A DNA stretch of 64,000 nucleotides from a bacterium. GTDB taxonomy: Bacteria > Zhuqueibacterota > QNDG01 > JAGLOF01. How positions within the stretch are numbered: position 1 is the stretch's first letter; every line of letters starts with the position of its first letter. The stretch spans positions 5,899 to 69,898 of the forward strand of contig JAFGRY010000030.1 in the NCBI GenBank assembly GCA_016934955.1, given 5' to 3'. Positions 56,602-64,000 of the stretch are shown piece after piece. The notes under the pieces are model-generated. The model did no database searches. It saw nothing but the letters and a program-made list of their open reading frames with translations, and was not told the origin of the DNA. A program made the position numbers and the translations under genes.

Positions 56602-57660
56602 TCAAAGATAGGGCGCCAGTTTTTTATTCACGTTTTCCGCGCACCGGCACAGCAGCTGCTTTTCCGGGTCGGAGAGCCCGATCTCCACGATCTTTTCGAC
56701 TCCCTGATTGCTGAGGATGAAGGGGACGCCGATGGTCGAATCGATGCCGTGAAACGCGCCCTTCGTGGTGAGCTGGCCGCTGATAAAGGCGTCGTGTCCG
56801 GTGGTAAGGGCGTGAATGAACTCCAGGGTCGCGTTGGCAGTGCCGACGACGGTCTTGGCCCCGCTGTAATGAGTGATAAACGGCCGGACCACGGTCCGAA
56901 TATCCGGCGGATAGCGCTCGATGGTCTGGTAGCACTTTTTAATGTCACCCCGGCCGATCATGCGGATGACCTCTTTTCGAATAGCGGCGACTTCATCCGG
57001 AAAACGGTCGAGATCGTACCCGCGGCGAATCTTGAAGAGTGCGTTTTCCAGCAGGTCACCCTGGAATCCGTAAATGTGGACCCCGCTCCAGACCGGGATC
57101 ATGTCTGCCCCGTGTTCTCCGATCATGAAGGCGTGAATACGCTGCCTGCGAATACCCAGATCCAGGGCGATCTCCTTGCGGAAGCGCAGAGAGTCGAGAA
57201 AGGATCCCATCCCGATAACCCGGGCATTATCCAGATGCTTCGCGAAGACCGCGGTCGCCAGCTCATTGGGATTGGAGATACAGATCACGATTTCATTGCC
57301 GTGGCCGTATTTTGCCAGGGCCGAGGCATAATATTCAAATACCGGGATGTTTTCGTCCGCGAGAGCGGCCCGGCCCCCGCCGCCTTCATCGAGGGAGAGG
57401 GGAATGGTTTTTCCCGCGGCCATGATGATCAGGTCGCCCTTGATGTGAGCGGGATCGTCGAGCACGGTCAGCCGCGGACAGGTCCCGGCATAGGCGTCCA
57501 TGAGATCGGCAGCGAATCCGTGCAGGCTCTGTTTACTGCTGCCTTCGGGATTGCCGATCAGTTCCAGGTGCTGGTTCCGGTCCAGCAGCCGCTCCGCGAT
57601 GATAAGCTGGGTGATGACGCGGCCAACGCCGCCGCCGGCACCGATAACGGTTACATTCAT
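56602..57660 (-). CDS. Lactate/malate dehydrogenase-family NAD(P) oxidoreductase, atypical substrate loop
   Basis: VTVIGAGGGVG Rossmann motif, ICISNPNE, LDSLRFR and GEHGADMIPVWS (catalytic His). The loop reads GKTIPLSLDEGGGGRAAL instead of the canonical GxPRKPGMSRDDL. Confidence 0.8.
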   Translation of the reverse strand: MNVTVIGAGGGVGRVITQLIIAERLLDRNQHLELIGNPEGSSKQSLHGFAADLMDAYAGTCPRLTVLDDPAHIKGDLIIMAAGKTIPLSLDEGGGGRAALADENIPVFEYYASALAKYGHGNEIVICISNPNELATAVFAKHLDNARVIGMGSFLDSLRFRKEIALDLGIRRQRIHAFMIGEHGADMIPVWSGVHIYGFQGDLLENALFKIRRGYDLDRFPDEVAAIRKEVIRMIGRGDIKKCYQTIERYPPDIRTVVRPFITHYSGAKTVVGTANATLEFIHALTTGHDAFISGQLTTKGAFHGIDSTIGVPFILSNQGVEKIVEIGLSDPEKQLLCRCAENVNKKLAPYL

Positions 57661-57745
57661 GAGATCCTCACTGCCATTCAGGGGGACGAGCCTGTCCCGT
57701 GTTCACGGTTACATTCCGATCCGCTGATGTCTGCCGTGAAAGATG

Positions 57746-58252
57746 TCAGGGAACCCACTGCGAGACCTCCTGAAAGCGGGTGACGTGAAAATAGCGGATC
57801 ACATCCACCCTGAACAGGGCGGTGCTTTCGGCTTCCAGAAATACCTGCAGATAGGGGTGCCGCTCTTTGAGCAGCGCCTTGCCGGCTTCATATTCCTGAC
57901 CGTTCTCCAGCGGCACGGCACGACCGGTAACGGTAACCGCGGAGATCTGTTTCATGTCTTTCAGGCCGCTGCTGCGGCTGTCGATGACCAGCGCCACCTG
58001 CCCGCATTCAGCAAGCAGCCGGTGTTTCCTGGTGGCTTTCGGTGTGGTAAAGTAGAAATTCCTCAGATCATCGCTGCAGGCGTACGCGATCAGCGAGCCG
58101 TAGGGCTGCCCCTGCCCCTGGGTGCAAAGAACGCAGAACGGCTGGCTGCGGAGGAGCTTCTCGATCTGCCGCTTCAGATTTTTATACAGCGTCGGTTCTC
58201 TGTCCTGCCGGCCGTGCCGGGCATCGAGTACCGGTTCGTCGCCTGATGTCAT
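57746..58252 (-). CDS. Pyridoxamine 5'-phosphate oxidase-like FMN-binding split-barrel protein
   Basis: FCVLCTQGQGQPYGSLIAYACSDDLRNFYFTTPKATRKHRLL..GQVALVID is the pattern of PNPOx-like split barrels. Confidence 0.7.
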   Translation of the reverse strand: MTSGDEPVLDARHGRQDREPTLYKNLKRQIEKLLRSQPFCVLCTQGQGQPYGSLIAYACSDDLRNFYFTTPKATRKHRLLAECGQVALVIDSRSSGLKDMKQISAVTVTGRAVPLENGQEYEAGKALLKERHPYLQVFLEAESTALFRVDVIRYFHVTRFQEVSQWVP

Positions 58253-58394
58253 TCTTCCTCCACTGCAGAATGCCGTATATCGTGACCCGGACCGGGGAGC
58301 GTCGAGCGCCCGGGGTCCGGGTTTCCACGGTGATCATCCCCTGCCGGGTTGAGGTGTCCGGATAGTGGGTATGTCCGGCAGGTCGTCATGCAAA

Positions 58395-61300
58395 TTAGAG
58401 CGCGAGCATGCGCCTGAGAATACTGAACTCGATACCCGAGAACAGGCGCGGATGGGTCGTTTCCAGCCGTTCCATTCCAGCACCGTCAGCCTCGATCAGG
58501 GCCCGGTTCCATTCGCTCCAGGGCGATCCGTCCGTAAAAGAGGCGGGCAGTTTTGCCGCTTTCTTTTCATGTCCGGCATGCATCAGCGCCAGGTAGGTCA
58601 GCGCCGTATACATGCTGTTCCCCGATGATTCCCCGCCGGGGCAGGCGGTGACGCTTGTAAAAAATTGCGCGGCCTCACGCACCCTTCCGCTGCGTTCATG
58701 GCAGATGCCCAGCAGGTAATCGAAGAGCCGCCGGTCTGGCTCATAGGGGCGGCCCTGTCCCAGATGTTCCGGCCAGTCCGCGCCCTCGTTCAGGACGCTG
58801 ACGGCGGCTTCGTATTTGTTCTCTTCGATCAGGTCCAGCGCGCAGTGCAGATGGGCCCATTCCCAGAGCCGGTGGCTGAGGGCCGCGTTTTCCGACGGCA
58901 GAACAGTGGTCTTCTGCAGCACGGCGACGGCTTCTCTGTACGATCCGGTATGGATGAGCGAGCGGGCGTGCAGCAGGGCGGTGTTGAAATCATCTCCGAA
59001 CCGCCGGTACGCCGCGGTTGAGTATGTGAGCGCGTTTTCCCAGTCGCCGGAATCCGCGTAGCCGTCCACAAGAGCCAGATAATTACGCCGGTCCGGGGAG
59101 ATGCGAAGCGCTTTCTTCAGGTCTTCGAGGCCGTTGACCTGGTTGGGACTGCGGTAGAGATGCGCGCGGCAGGTGTAGAAGGGGGCGTAATCGGGCGTCT
59201 CCTCCGGGTGCTTTAAGAGCCTCGCCGCCTCGTCGTCACGGGTACGGGCCCAGAGATTCAGCGCGAGCCAGTATTGAAATTTCCAGTGCGGTTTCTCGAT
59301 CAGGGCCCACTGCAGCACCTCGATGGTTTCCCGGCGGAAGGGGAAGACAAAGCCGGGATCCATGTCGGCCGCTGTATCCAGAAGGCCGGCGGCGCCGTCC
59401 GGATCGTCATCAGCGATGAGAAAAGCGAGCCAGAGATCCAGGAGGGGATTCACAATGCCCGGCCGCTCCAGGCGCAGCAGGCTGACAGCGTCATGCCTCA
59501 GCCCCCGGTTCGCGTAGGAGATGGCCAGTTCAAGCAGCGTCTGATCAGGATACTCGCTGCGGAGAGCCGTGAGAAATGTCTCCGGGTTCGTCCCGGATGG
59601 ATCGAGCAGCACCCGCTCGAACCGCACCCAGTGGTGCAGCGGGTCCAGGGAGAGGAGTCTCTCCAGCAGCCGGACGGCCTCGTCTTTCTGTCCTGATTTG
59701 CGCGCCGCAAGAGCGGCCGCTTCCAGCGCCGGCAGGCAGCGGGTATCGCTGTTCAGGGCGGCGGCGGCCCAGCGGGCGGCATCTGGCCAGTCATGCCGCT
59801 GCAGGGCGATCTCGGCCAGCTGCACCGCGGCGGCAGTCCGGAACCCGGGCGAACGGGCCGCCCAGCCCTGACATTCCCGGGCATTGACCAGGTCGCCGGA
59901 GAAGCGGTGGAGCAGGCCGGCCGTGTAGTTCGCTTCGGGGTCGTAGGTGTCGATTTCCAGCACCCGGGTGATGCGCTCGAGTCCCTTTTCATAGAGTCCG
60001 CTCCGGCAGCGGATATCGGCCAGGGCCGTGTTCGCTTTTCTGTGGCCGGGATACTCCTTCACGATGCCGGTGAGGATCGCTTCCGCCTCTTTGTACCGCC
60101 GTGCCTTCAGCAGCTCTTCAGCCTCGAGCATGGCCCGGTCCGATGCCGGCATCGTCTCCAGCGCGTTCGCCGGTGTTTCAAAAGGGCGCGCGAGGCCGTG
60201 GCCGGGTTCGTCCGAATCGTAGGTGAGAGCGAGGGCCGGTACGGTGATCCGGTATGGTCCCGGAACATCGCGGGAGAAGGCCGCTTCAGCAGGTTCCAGG
60301 GGGGTGATGCTGAAATCCTGTTGCGCGACGGTATCACCGCCGGCCTCCAGAAACACCGTGCCCGCGGTTTTTTCAAAGGCGTTGAGGCGGACGGTCACGG
60401 AACCGCTCTCTTCGCTGACGAACATGACACCGAAGGGGGAAGCATCGCTGAGGCCGCCGGTTTCCCTGACCGGGAACCAGACTTCCTTCCAGCGGTCTCC
60501 GCTGCAGGGGGCGAACGCTGCCTGTCGAATGGGGGTGAGGTCCCGGCCGGGTGCATACTGCACCAGGTAGCGTCCGGCCTGCCATTCGATGTACTGGCCG
60601 TCGGTGTCGGTGAGCAGGTCTTCCCAGATACCGCCGGCCCGGGAAAGGGCCCAGAGCCAGAGTTTCTGACCGGGCATATCCGCGTAATCGGCCCAGTGGC
60701 CGAATCCTTCCCGCAGGCCGCTGTAGTAGCCGCCGAAGAAATCACGCTCCCGGCCGACGACGTGGTATGATTTGTTGTCTCCGAAGTCGTTCTCTGCATA
60801 GAAGGAAAGGTCACGCCCCCGGGTATCGACGGGCCAGGAGTGAGCCCTGCCCCCGTGTTCCAGGTAGCGGTCGCCGGGCATGAACATGCGCAGATCGTCC
60901 CGGGCCGGGGCAGCCGCGTTCATCCAGGTATAGGCGGCATGCATGAAGGGGCCGGGATTGTCCCAGGCCGCTTCGGTTTCAAAACAGGCCCTGTCCGGAG
61001 AGAGCGTGACGGTGACCCGCCAGCGGGTGCGGGACGGCAGATCCAGGGCGCCGACGGTGCAGAAAACACCGCCGTCTTCGCTGGAACCGAACGTATAGTC
61101 CACGGGAGTGGCGCCGGCGGGAGTGTGCCCGATGATGCCGAAATTGAACTCCACGCCGCCGCTGGTCCAGGGACCGCGCAGGGCGATGTTGCGGAATTTC
61201 AGCACTTCGTTGCGATAGATGAATTCGAACCCGGTCGTTTTGTCCACCGCCCCCCAGATTTTGCCGCCGACCTCAGGGAGAATGTACACGGCGATACCTT

Positions 61301-61535
61301 CGTTCTCCAGGGTGATCACTTTCCACTCCCGGGGCGTGCTCGTGTGACTGTACCCGTCGAAAAGGTGATAGGGATAGAGCCTGGCGTCCCGGGTCAGAAT
61401 GGGAACGGGATTGGGGTCGGAGAAGGGGTAGGTCTCAATGATCCTGATCTCTTCCCTGACGACAGCCCGGCCCCCCTGCGCGGAAAGCAGGGAGGGTGCC
61501 AGCACCAGGGCGGCAAGCAGCAGGCGGATGGGCAT
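58395..61535 (-). CDS. Secreted DUF5107-domain protein with C-terminal TPR repeats
   Basis: Signal peptide. ETYPFSDPNPVP..YPY..WKVITLENEGIAVYILPEVGGKIWGAVDKTTGFEFIY.N.VLKFRNIALRGPWTSGGVEFNFG matches DUF5107. A long TPR-like helical region follows. Confidence 0.8.
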   Translation of the reverse strand: MPIRLLLAALVLAPSLLSAQGGRAVVREEIRIIETYPFSDPNPVPILTRDARLYPYHLFDGYSHTSTPREWKVITLENEGIAVYILPEVGGKIWGAVDKTTGFEFIYRNEVLKFRNIALRGPWTSGGVEFNFGIIGHTPAGATPVDYTFGSSEDGGVFCTVGALDLPSRTRWRVTVTLSPDRACFETEAAWDNPGPFMHAAYTWMNAAAPARDDLRMFMPGDRYLEHGGRAHSWPVDTRGRDLSFYAENDFGDNKSYHVVGRERDFFGGYYSGLREGFGHWADYADMPGQKLWLWALSRAGGIWEDLLTDTDGQYIEWQAGRYLVQYAPGRDLTPIRQAAFAPCSGDRWKEVWFPVRETGGLSDASPFGVMFVSEESGSVTVRLNAFEKTAGTVFLEAGGDTVAQQDFSITPLEPAEAAFSRDVPGPYRITVPALALTYDSDEPGHGLARPFETPANALETMPASDRAMLEAEELLKARRYKEAEAILTGIVKEYPGHRKANTALADIRCRSGLYEKGLERITRVLEIDTYDPEANYTAGLLHRFSGDLVNARECQGWAARSPGFRTAAAVQLAEIALQRHDWPDAARWAAAALNSDTRCLPALEAAALAARKSGQKDEAVRLLERLLSLDPLHHWVRFERVLLDPSGTNPETFLTALRSEYPDQTLLELAISYANRGLRHDAVSLLRLERPGIVNPLLDLWLAFLIADDDPDGAAGLLDTAADMDPGFVFPFRRETIEVLQWALIEKPHWKFQYWLALNLWARTRDDEAARLLKHPEETPDYAPFYTCRAHLYRSPNQVNGLEDLKKALRISPDRRNYLALVDGYADSGDWENALTYSTAAYRRFGDDFNTALLHARSLIHTGSYREAVAVLQKTTVLPSENAALSHRLWEWAHLHCALDLIEENKYEAAVSVLNEGADWPEHLGQGRPYEPDRRLFDYLLGICHERSGRVREAAQFFTSVTACPGGESSGNSMYTALTYLALMHAGHEKKAAKLPASFTDGSPWSEWNRALIEADGAGMERLETTHPRLFSGIEFSILRRMLAL

Positions 61536-61663
61536 GGAAAGCCTCTCTCAGTATTTTATATAAACGGGGGTTTCTTAAAGATAGTGAATTTTCAGGTTGA
61601 GGGCAAGTAATAGAAGGAGACCGGAGACAGGGTGTCGTCCTGAACACTGAAGCGATCTATTTT

Positions 61664-61814
61664 CAGTCGCTCTTCGTTTATCGCTCTCGGTATCGCTATC
61701 GCAATCGGAAGGACAAAGTCCCCGCCACACCCAAAATGTGCCAACGAAAAACGCGAAAGACACGAAAAATATCCATTCCCTTATTCCTTCCGTGATCTTC
61801 GTTTCTTCCGTTGG
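61664..61814. repeat. Copy C of the intergenic repeat family (hairpin plus GCGAT-iterated extension)
   Basis: Arms: CCAACGAAAAACGCGAAAGACACGAAAAAT ... TTCCGTGATCTTCGTTTCTTCCGTTGG. The left extension carries TCGCT/ATCGC iterations. The reverse complement aligns with copy D. Confidence 0.7.
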
Positions 61815-61846
61815 TAATTTCGGGGTGCGGTGACTTTATCCTTGCT

Positions 61847-62197
61847 TTAAAACGTTATGACCTCGTACCCCTCCTCCATATACCTCCCCAGGCCGGGGTG
61901 CCCTTTCATCTCGCCGCACAGGGGCAGTCCCTGGGCTTCGGCGGCGGCCAGGGAGCCCATTTTCGCACTGCAGGCTTTGCAGACGCAGTCGATGAGGCCG
62001 CCGTCCCTGACCGCGATATACAGTTCTCCGAAGGGTTTGTCCGGATCGTTCATTTCCTGCACCAGCCTGGTGGCGGTGCCTTCTATGATGACCTTTACAT
62101 CCCACCCTTTTGCCCGCATATCCATCGCGTTGAGCAGTACGTGGGCGAAGCACATGGGTTCTCCGTTGAAGGCGACGAGGGCGACGCGTTTTTTCAT
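61847..62197 (-). CDS. DsrE/DsrF-like (DrsE_2-type) small protein
   Basis: 116 aa. VALVAFNGEPMCFAHVLLNA..VKVIIEGTATRL..CVCKACSAKMG..LPLCGEMKGHPG. The pattern resembles DsrE-fold proteins. Tentative. Confidence 0.6.
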   Translation of the reverse strand: MKKRVALVAFNGEPMCFAHVLLNAMDMRAKGWDVKVIIEGTATRLVQEMNDPDKPFGELYIAVRDGGLIDCVCKACSAKMGSLAAAEAQGLPLCGEMKGHPGLGRYMEEGYEVITF

Positions 62198-62237
62198 GAC
62201 AGTCTCCGATGCCAGTGATTGTCCGGCTGAAAGGCAG

Positions 62238-63662
62238 CTACCGCTGCAGCAGCAGTTTTATCGATTGAGTGTGCGTTTCCGTAGACAGGCGGCAGATGTA
62301 GACGCCGCTGGCAAAGCCTGCCGCGTTCCAGGTGGAACGGTGGGTGCCTGCCGTGAAGAGACCATCTTCTATCACCGCGATCTTACGGCCCCTGGTGTCG
62401 AAGACGGTCAGGACGGCCCCTCCGTCCCGTGGCAGGGAGAAGGTGATGACCGTCTCGCCGTTAAAGGGATTGGGAAAGTTCTGTGCCAGCGTACACGTTT
62501 CCGGTGTCCCGGACACTTCTCCGTCCCGTACATCTACGAACATCGATCCGTACTCGTAAGCCCCCATATCGATGAGAACGCTTCCGTTTCCATCCCCGTC
62601 GTGCACGCGGTACCTGCCGTCCAGATCGGTGACGAGCGGCACCGGAGCGGGTGCGCCCGCGTCGATGCAGGGGGATCCGGCCGCGAGGCGGTAGTTGCCC
62701 CCGGCCATGTCCTGAAAGAGCGGATCCGAATCCATGACCGGTGTGGAAGCGTATCCGCCCTGAATGTTGCAATTGGTGATATTCGGCGTGCCGCCCCAGC
62801 CGTTGAAGTTGTAGGCGGTGCCGGCCGAGTCGCTGTTATACCAGATGATGCAGTTGGTGAGCGTCGGGGTCGACCGGATAAAATAGATGCCGCCCATCAG
62901 GCCGGGTGATGCCGTATTGCAGACCACGGTGTTGTTCGCGAACAGGGGTTCCGCATCCTGAAACCCGGCCCCGGCGGTGTTGTGGCAACGATTGCGGGCG
63001 ATGAGACAGCCGGCTACGAGCGGTGCGCCGCCGGAAATGCCGATGCCGCCGTAATACCCGGTGGCGTCGTTGTCGGTGATACTGCAGGTGAAAATACTTG
63101 CATGGGAGTTGTGCGCCGATATGCCGCCGCATCCGCCGTTGTTTATGTCCTGCCCGAGGGCGCTGTTGAAACGAATGATGCAGTCCTGAACGATCGAATA
63201 GGTCTGTTCCAGCCGCATGCCGCCCCCCAGCCCGTTGCTGCATTCGGCGATGTTGTGTTCGATGATGCAGTTGGAGACCCGGGGATCGGCACGGTAAATA
63301 AGGATACCTCCGCCGTAATCGGCGTATCCGTTCCTGATCGTCAATCCCGCCAGCCATGTTCCGGCGTCTTCATCGCTATTAATGGTAATCACCCGGCCCG
63401 TACCGGATCCGTCGATTATGGTCTGCCGTATGTAGGATGTGTCCATGGTGGTAATATAGAGTGACGCCAGGGTGACGCATTTCCCGTTGAAGTCGACGTT
63501 TTCGTAGTAGATATCGGGCTGCAGCAGAACGGTGTCGCCTTTCACCGATGCGTCGATCGCCTCCTGGATGGTGGCGTACTCCCCGGGCACGTGGCGGATC
63601 TCCGCGTCAAGATTCACGATGAAGAAGACAGCCGTGATACAAACCGAGAGAGCGTGTTTCAT
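62238..63662 (-). CDS. Right-handed parallel beta-helix repeat protein with T9SS sorting domain
   Basis: Signal peptide. Repeated NCII/NNTV/GGGI beta-helix turns. C-terminal LAQNFPNPFNGETVITFSLPRDGGAVLTVFDTRGRKIAVI..SGVYICRL..IKLLLQR. Confidence 0.85.
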   Translation of the reverse strand: MKHALSVCITAVFFIVNLDAEIRHVPGEYATIQEAIDASVKGDTVLLQPDIYYENVDFNGKCVTLASLYITTMDTSYIRQTIIDGSGTGRVITINSDEDAGTWLAGLTIRNGYADYGGGILIYRADPRVSNCIIEHNIAECSNGLGGGMRLEQTYSIVQDCIIRFNSALGQDINNGGCGGISAHNSHASIFTCSITDNDATGYYGGIGISGGAPLVAGCLIARNRCHNTAGAGFQDAEPLFANNTVVCNTASPGLMGGIYFIRSTPTLTNCIIWYNSDSAGTAYNFNGWGGTPNITNCNIQGGYASTPVMDSDPLFQDMAGGNYRLAAGSPCIDAGAPAPVPLVTDLDGRYRVHDGDGNGSVLIDMGAYEYGSMFVDVRDGEVSGTPETCTLAQNFPNPFNGETVITFSLPRDGGAVLTVFDTRGRKIAVIEDGLFTAGTHRSTWNAAGFASGVYICRLSTETHTQSIKLLLQR

Positions 63663-63864
63663 GGTGACCTCCTCGTCAGGGGTGAGACATCGATCAGCGG
63701 AAGGGAAGTGAAAATTATAGCGGCAGATGCATGCGTGTCCGCACGTTCCTGAGCAGAAATTGTTTTATATGGTATCAAATAAATATACGCAATCACGACC
63801 TGAAGTGCAAGGGTGAAATGACGGAGACAGGATACCTGGCCATGCCCCGCCACTCCCGGTAATT

Positions 63865-63990
63865 CCAACGAAATACACGAAAATCACGGAAGCAATGAGG
63901 GAATTGATGTTTTCGTGTCTTTTGCGTTTTCCGTTGGCACATTTTAGGCGGGGCAGGGCAGGCCCGATTCCGGCTTCCGATCAGCGACTG
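63865..63990. repeat. Copy D of the intergenic repeat family, inverted relative to copy C
   Basis: CCAACGAAATACACGAAAATCACGGAAG...TTTTCGTGTCTTTTGCGTTTTCCGTTGGCACATTTTAGGCGGGG.... It shares runs TTTTCGTGTCTTT, CGTTGGCACATTTT, ATCACGGAAG and GGCGGGG with the reverse complement of copy C. Confidence 0.7.
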
Positions 63991-64000
63991 CCGATGCCGG

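Noticed and set aside
47017-63990. CRISPR array or tRNA/ncRNA identity for the hairpin repeats
   Set aside because: The copies are kilobases apart, not regularly spaced, imperfect and of different lengths. No cas genes are present. No cloverleaf or known ncRNA consensus is recognisable by eye.
1-64000. Prophage, integrative element or defence island
   Set aside because: I recognised no integrase, transposase, recombinase, restriction-modification, toxin-antitoxin or phage structural motifs in any frame. Base composition appears uniform apart from short intergenic AT-rich patches.

Overview
64-kb GC-rich bacterial chromosome segment, densely coding on both strands. By eye I found no rRNA, tRNA, CRISPR array, transposase, integrase or phage genes. 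Several proteins end in type IX secretion (T9SS) C-terminal sorting domains. There is also a PorV/PorQ-family outer-membrane barrel and a Fibrobacter-type paralogous-domain protein. The source is therefore probably an FCB-superphylum bacterium; the lineage cannot be determined here. Layout: (1) 0.1-11.2 kb is a housekeeping block: T9SS-sorted NlpC/P60 protein, nfo, DivIVA-domain protein, lipoprotein, mtnP, ileS, DksA/TraR zinc finger, lspA, rluD, Nif3. (2) 11.2-16 kb holds small regulatory and envelope genes: DUF2089 operon, ECF sigma/anti-sigma/LTXXQ protein, TspO-like, DUF72. (3) 16.2-38.8 kb is a large alpha-glucan (starch/glycogen/maltodextrin) utilisation locus. It contains GH13 plus alpha-glucan phosphorylase, a LacI regulator, a TonB-dependent receptor, a ~1280-aa acidic-repeat T9SS protein, a PorV/PorQ-like barrel, a T9SS-sorted binding protein, a T9SS-sorted pullulanase-like GH13, a Na+/solute symporter and MalQ. 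(4) 38.8-53.4 kb is mixed metabolism: DASS transporter, DUF1080, SdhAB plus flavodiiron protein, class I fumarase, amidase, CMD-family protein, lipoprotein, FISUMP protein, SDR. (5) 53.5-63.7 kb holds minus-strand secreted or glycan-related genes: 1021-aa lipoprotein hydrolase-like, Ldh/Mdh-like, PNPOx-like, DUF5107-TPR, DsrE-like, beta-helix T9SS protein. Three observations stand out. First, two genes of the glucan locus are each interrupted by a single in-frame TAG at a conserved aromatic position. Second, the receptor / giant acidic-repeat protein / PorV-like trio looks like an uncharacterised surface uptake module with no SusD-like gene, and shares a peculiar acidic motif. Third, a family of CGAAA-rich hairpin repeats occupies four intergenic regions, with two copies flanking a two-gene cassette in inverted orientation. 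All functional calls rest on motif recognition by eye; no database search was run.
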